From: Chloroflexota bacterium
GTDB lineage: Bacteria; Chloroflexota; Dehalococcoidia; Lucifugimonadales; Lucifugimonadaceae
Direction: 5' to 3'
Assembly: GCA_018650185.1 (NCBI GenBank)
Contig: JABIGL010000187.1
Location: forward strand, 1,917-33,916
Length of the DNA: 32,000 nucleotides
A program made the position numbers and the translations under genes. This document shows positions 30,538 to 32,000 of this stretch, one piece after another. Numbering within the stretch: the first letter of the stretch is position 1; every line of letters begins with the position of its first letter. The notes beneath the pieces were generated by a model, which made no database searches, was not told where the DNA came from, and was given only the letters and a program-made list of their open reading frames with translations.

Positions 30538-32000
30538 GCCTTCACGTCCGTTACCGGGAACGGGTACGGTCGTCCCCTGCCTTCATAGCCGAAATCGGTT
30601 TGTGTGGCCATGCCGCCGAGGTCTGCCAGCCGGTCGTGCATGGAGAGGCGTATCGAGTTCATGATTTCTTGATCTAGCTCTGTACTCAAACGATCCCTGC
30701 GCGCTCGATGCGATGGATCGTCCGCGAGGTTCACCTGCTCGGTTGGATCGTTCTTCAGGTTGTAATAGGTCACCTCGCCGGTCGAGTAACGGGACAGTCG
30801 CCACTCACCGTCGTAGATCATCCAGCCGTCCGAGAGCATGCCATAGATGCGCTCTCGTGCCGGTTCATTGGTCAACCCCAGTCCGGGCAGCGGCCGTGAG
30901 TCCATGTGCTGCGGGATAGCCACCCCGGCGGCGGCCAGCATCGTAGCCGTGATGTCCCGAACCTCAACCAGTTCGTCCGACACCTGTCCGACAGGCAAAC
31001 CCGGTCCCTGAATCACCATCGGGATGTGGATCGCAGCATCGTAAAACGACGCCTTACCGATCAACCCGTGATCACCAAGGTAGTCGCCGTGGTCGGTCGC
31101 CAGGATCACGATCGTGTTCTCCAGCAGGCCGTTGCGATCCAGAGCACCAAGAATCTCGCCGACCTCGTGGTCAACCTGCTTCACAAGCCCGGCGTAGTGC
31201 GCACGAACCTTCCGTTTCTGGGCGTCGGTGAAGTCGGTAATATCGACCCCGTTCCAATCACCCTTGTTCCCGTTGATATTGCCTTCTCGCAATCTCGGTG
31301 TATCGCCCGCGTCCGGAGCCGGGGTGGGCATGTCATCAGGGTCGAACTTCCAGGCGTCTTCAAAATCCTCCGCCGGGTCGTACGGACAGTGCGGACCCGG
31401 GAACCCGACCATCATGGCGAAGGGACCGTCAGAACCGTACTCGTCGAGGAAGTTCACCGCCTCTCGGCCGACAAACCGGTCCCACGAGTGCTCCCACGGA
31501 AGCTGGTGGACGATTGCCCCCTGGTTCTCGAAGTAGCCCTCATGCTCGTTGCCGTGCAGCTTCCTCAGGCCACGCTCCCGCAGGTAGTGGAAGTAGTCGT
31601 CCCGCACGTTCAGCCAGCGCTTATCCTCGCAGATCACCCTGTGCTGGAATCCGAACCGGGCGTCCCACGGGTAGAAGTGCATCTTGCCGATGGCCGAGGT
31701 GTAGTACCCGGCGTCGGTCATCAACTCCGGCCACGTCTTAATTCCGGCGGCTTCGTAGTCAAGCCGGATACCGTGGTTGTTGTCGGTGATGCCGTTGCGA
31801 ATGGCGTTCATCCCGGACAGCAGCGCGTTACGGGCGGGAACGCAGATGGGAGACTGCGAGTACGCCTCGTTATACCGTGTGCCAGTGGCAGCGATGGAGT
31901 CGATATTCGGCGTGTCGATGAAGTCCGCGCCGTAGCACGACAGGAAGTCACGCCGAAGTTGGTCCGGGAACAGGAAGACGATATTAGGCCGGTCTGCCAA
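30534..32000 (-). CDS. Type I sulfatase (arylsulfatase family); N-terminus at or just beyond the window edge
   Basis: PNIVFLFPDQLR (metal-binding Asp region), SPICVPARNALLSGM (CxPxR FGly motif), ATDHGDYLGDHG and GKASFYD motifs. The ORF runs to the last base of the window; the TTG at 31998-32000 may or may not be the true start. Confidence 0.9.
   Translation of the reverse strand: MADRPNIVFLFPDQLRRDFLSCYGADFIDTPNIDSIAATGTRYNEAYSQSPICVPARNALLSGMNAIRNGITDNNHGIRLDYEAAGIKTWPELMTDAGYYTSAIGKMHFYPWDARFGFQHRVICEDKRWLNVRDDYFHYLRERGLRKLHGNEHEGYFENQGAIVHQLPWEHSWDRFVGREAVNFLDEYGSDGPFAMMVGFPGPHCPYDPAEDFEDAWKFDPDDMPTPAPDAGDTPRLREGNINGNKGDWNGVDITDFTDAQKRKVRAHYAGLVKQVDHEVGEILGALDRNGLLENTIVILATDHGDYLGDHGLIGKASFYDAAIHIPMVIQGPGLPVGQVSDELVEVRDITATMLAAAGVAIPQHMDSRPLPGLGLTNEPARERIYGMLSDGWMIYDGEWRLSRYSTGEVTYYNLKNDPTEQVNLADDPSHRARRDRLSTELDQEIMNSIRLSMHDRLADLGGMATQTDFGYEGRGRPYPFPVTDVKA

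Noticed and set aside
31998-32000. TTG at the very end of the window as the sulfatase start codon (as implied by the ORF track).
   Set aside because: It cannot be evaluated: the frame is open to the window edge and the upstream sequence is not visible. It is reported as possibly 5'-incomplete instead.

Overview
GC-rich (about 60% on spot-counted 60-nt lines) bacterial chromosomal window, densely coding, mostly housekeeping and catabolic genes. I see no transposase, integrase, phage gene, CRISPR array or recognisable defence system. All product calls come from motifs recognised by eye; no homology search was possible.

Gene content, left to right:
- 5'-truncated C-N hydrolase coupled to clpS, then convergent orn.
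- Arginine cluster argJ-argB-argD-(terminator)-argG, followed by a MaoC-like dehydratase.
- Divergent GH32-like glycosidase and a large unknown lipoprotein.
- IPMDH/tartrate-dehydrogenase-family enzyme and a class I/II aminotransferase.
- Low-GC (about 45-52%) orphan gene with a Clp_N-like N-terminus.
- Two tandem luciferase-like (LLM) flavin monooxygenase paralogs and tRNA-Ala(GGC).
- rsmG / flippase-like membrane protein / MFS transporter operon joined by GTGA overlaps.
- etfBA plus a hypothetical gene.
- Lipoprotein, SDR and agmatinase-family genes on the minus strand.
- GMC oxidoreductase with a gluconate-2-dehydrogenase subunit-3-like partner.
- Sulfatase-FGE operon, with the sulfatase reaching the window edge.

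The tandem LLM paralogs, sulfatase/FGE and GMC content fit a marine Chloroflexota (SAR202-like) genome, but that is only a guess.

The main signal that ordinary annotation would miss is non-coding. Almost every long intergenic spacer is a mosaic of at least five short hairpin-repeat families (A-D and F below). Family A is strand-biased, and its G-rich half is a canonical G-quadruplex motif competing with the hairpin.

Other points worth a second look:
- the C-N hydrolase/ClpS coupling (possible bacterial N-terminal amidase)
- an rsmG with no canonical start codon for its conserved N-terminus
- a GH32 homolog lacking the RDP arginine and the EC glutamate
- an HTH-like in-frame leader plus a perfect inverted repeat ahead of argJ
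- a CxAxR pseudo-substrate motif in the FGE N-terminus
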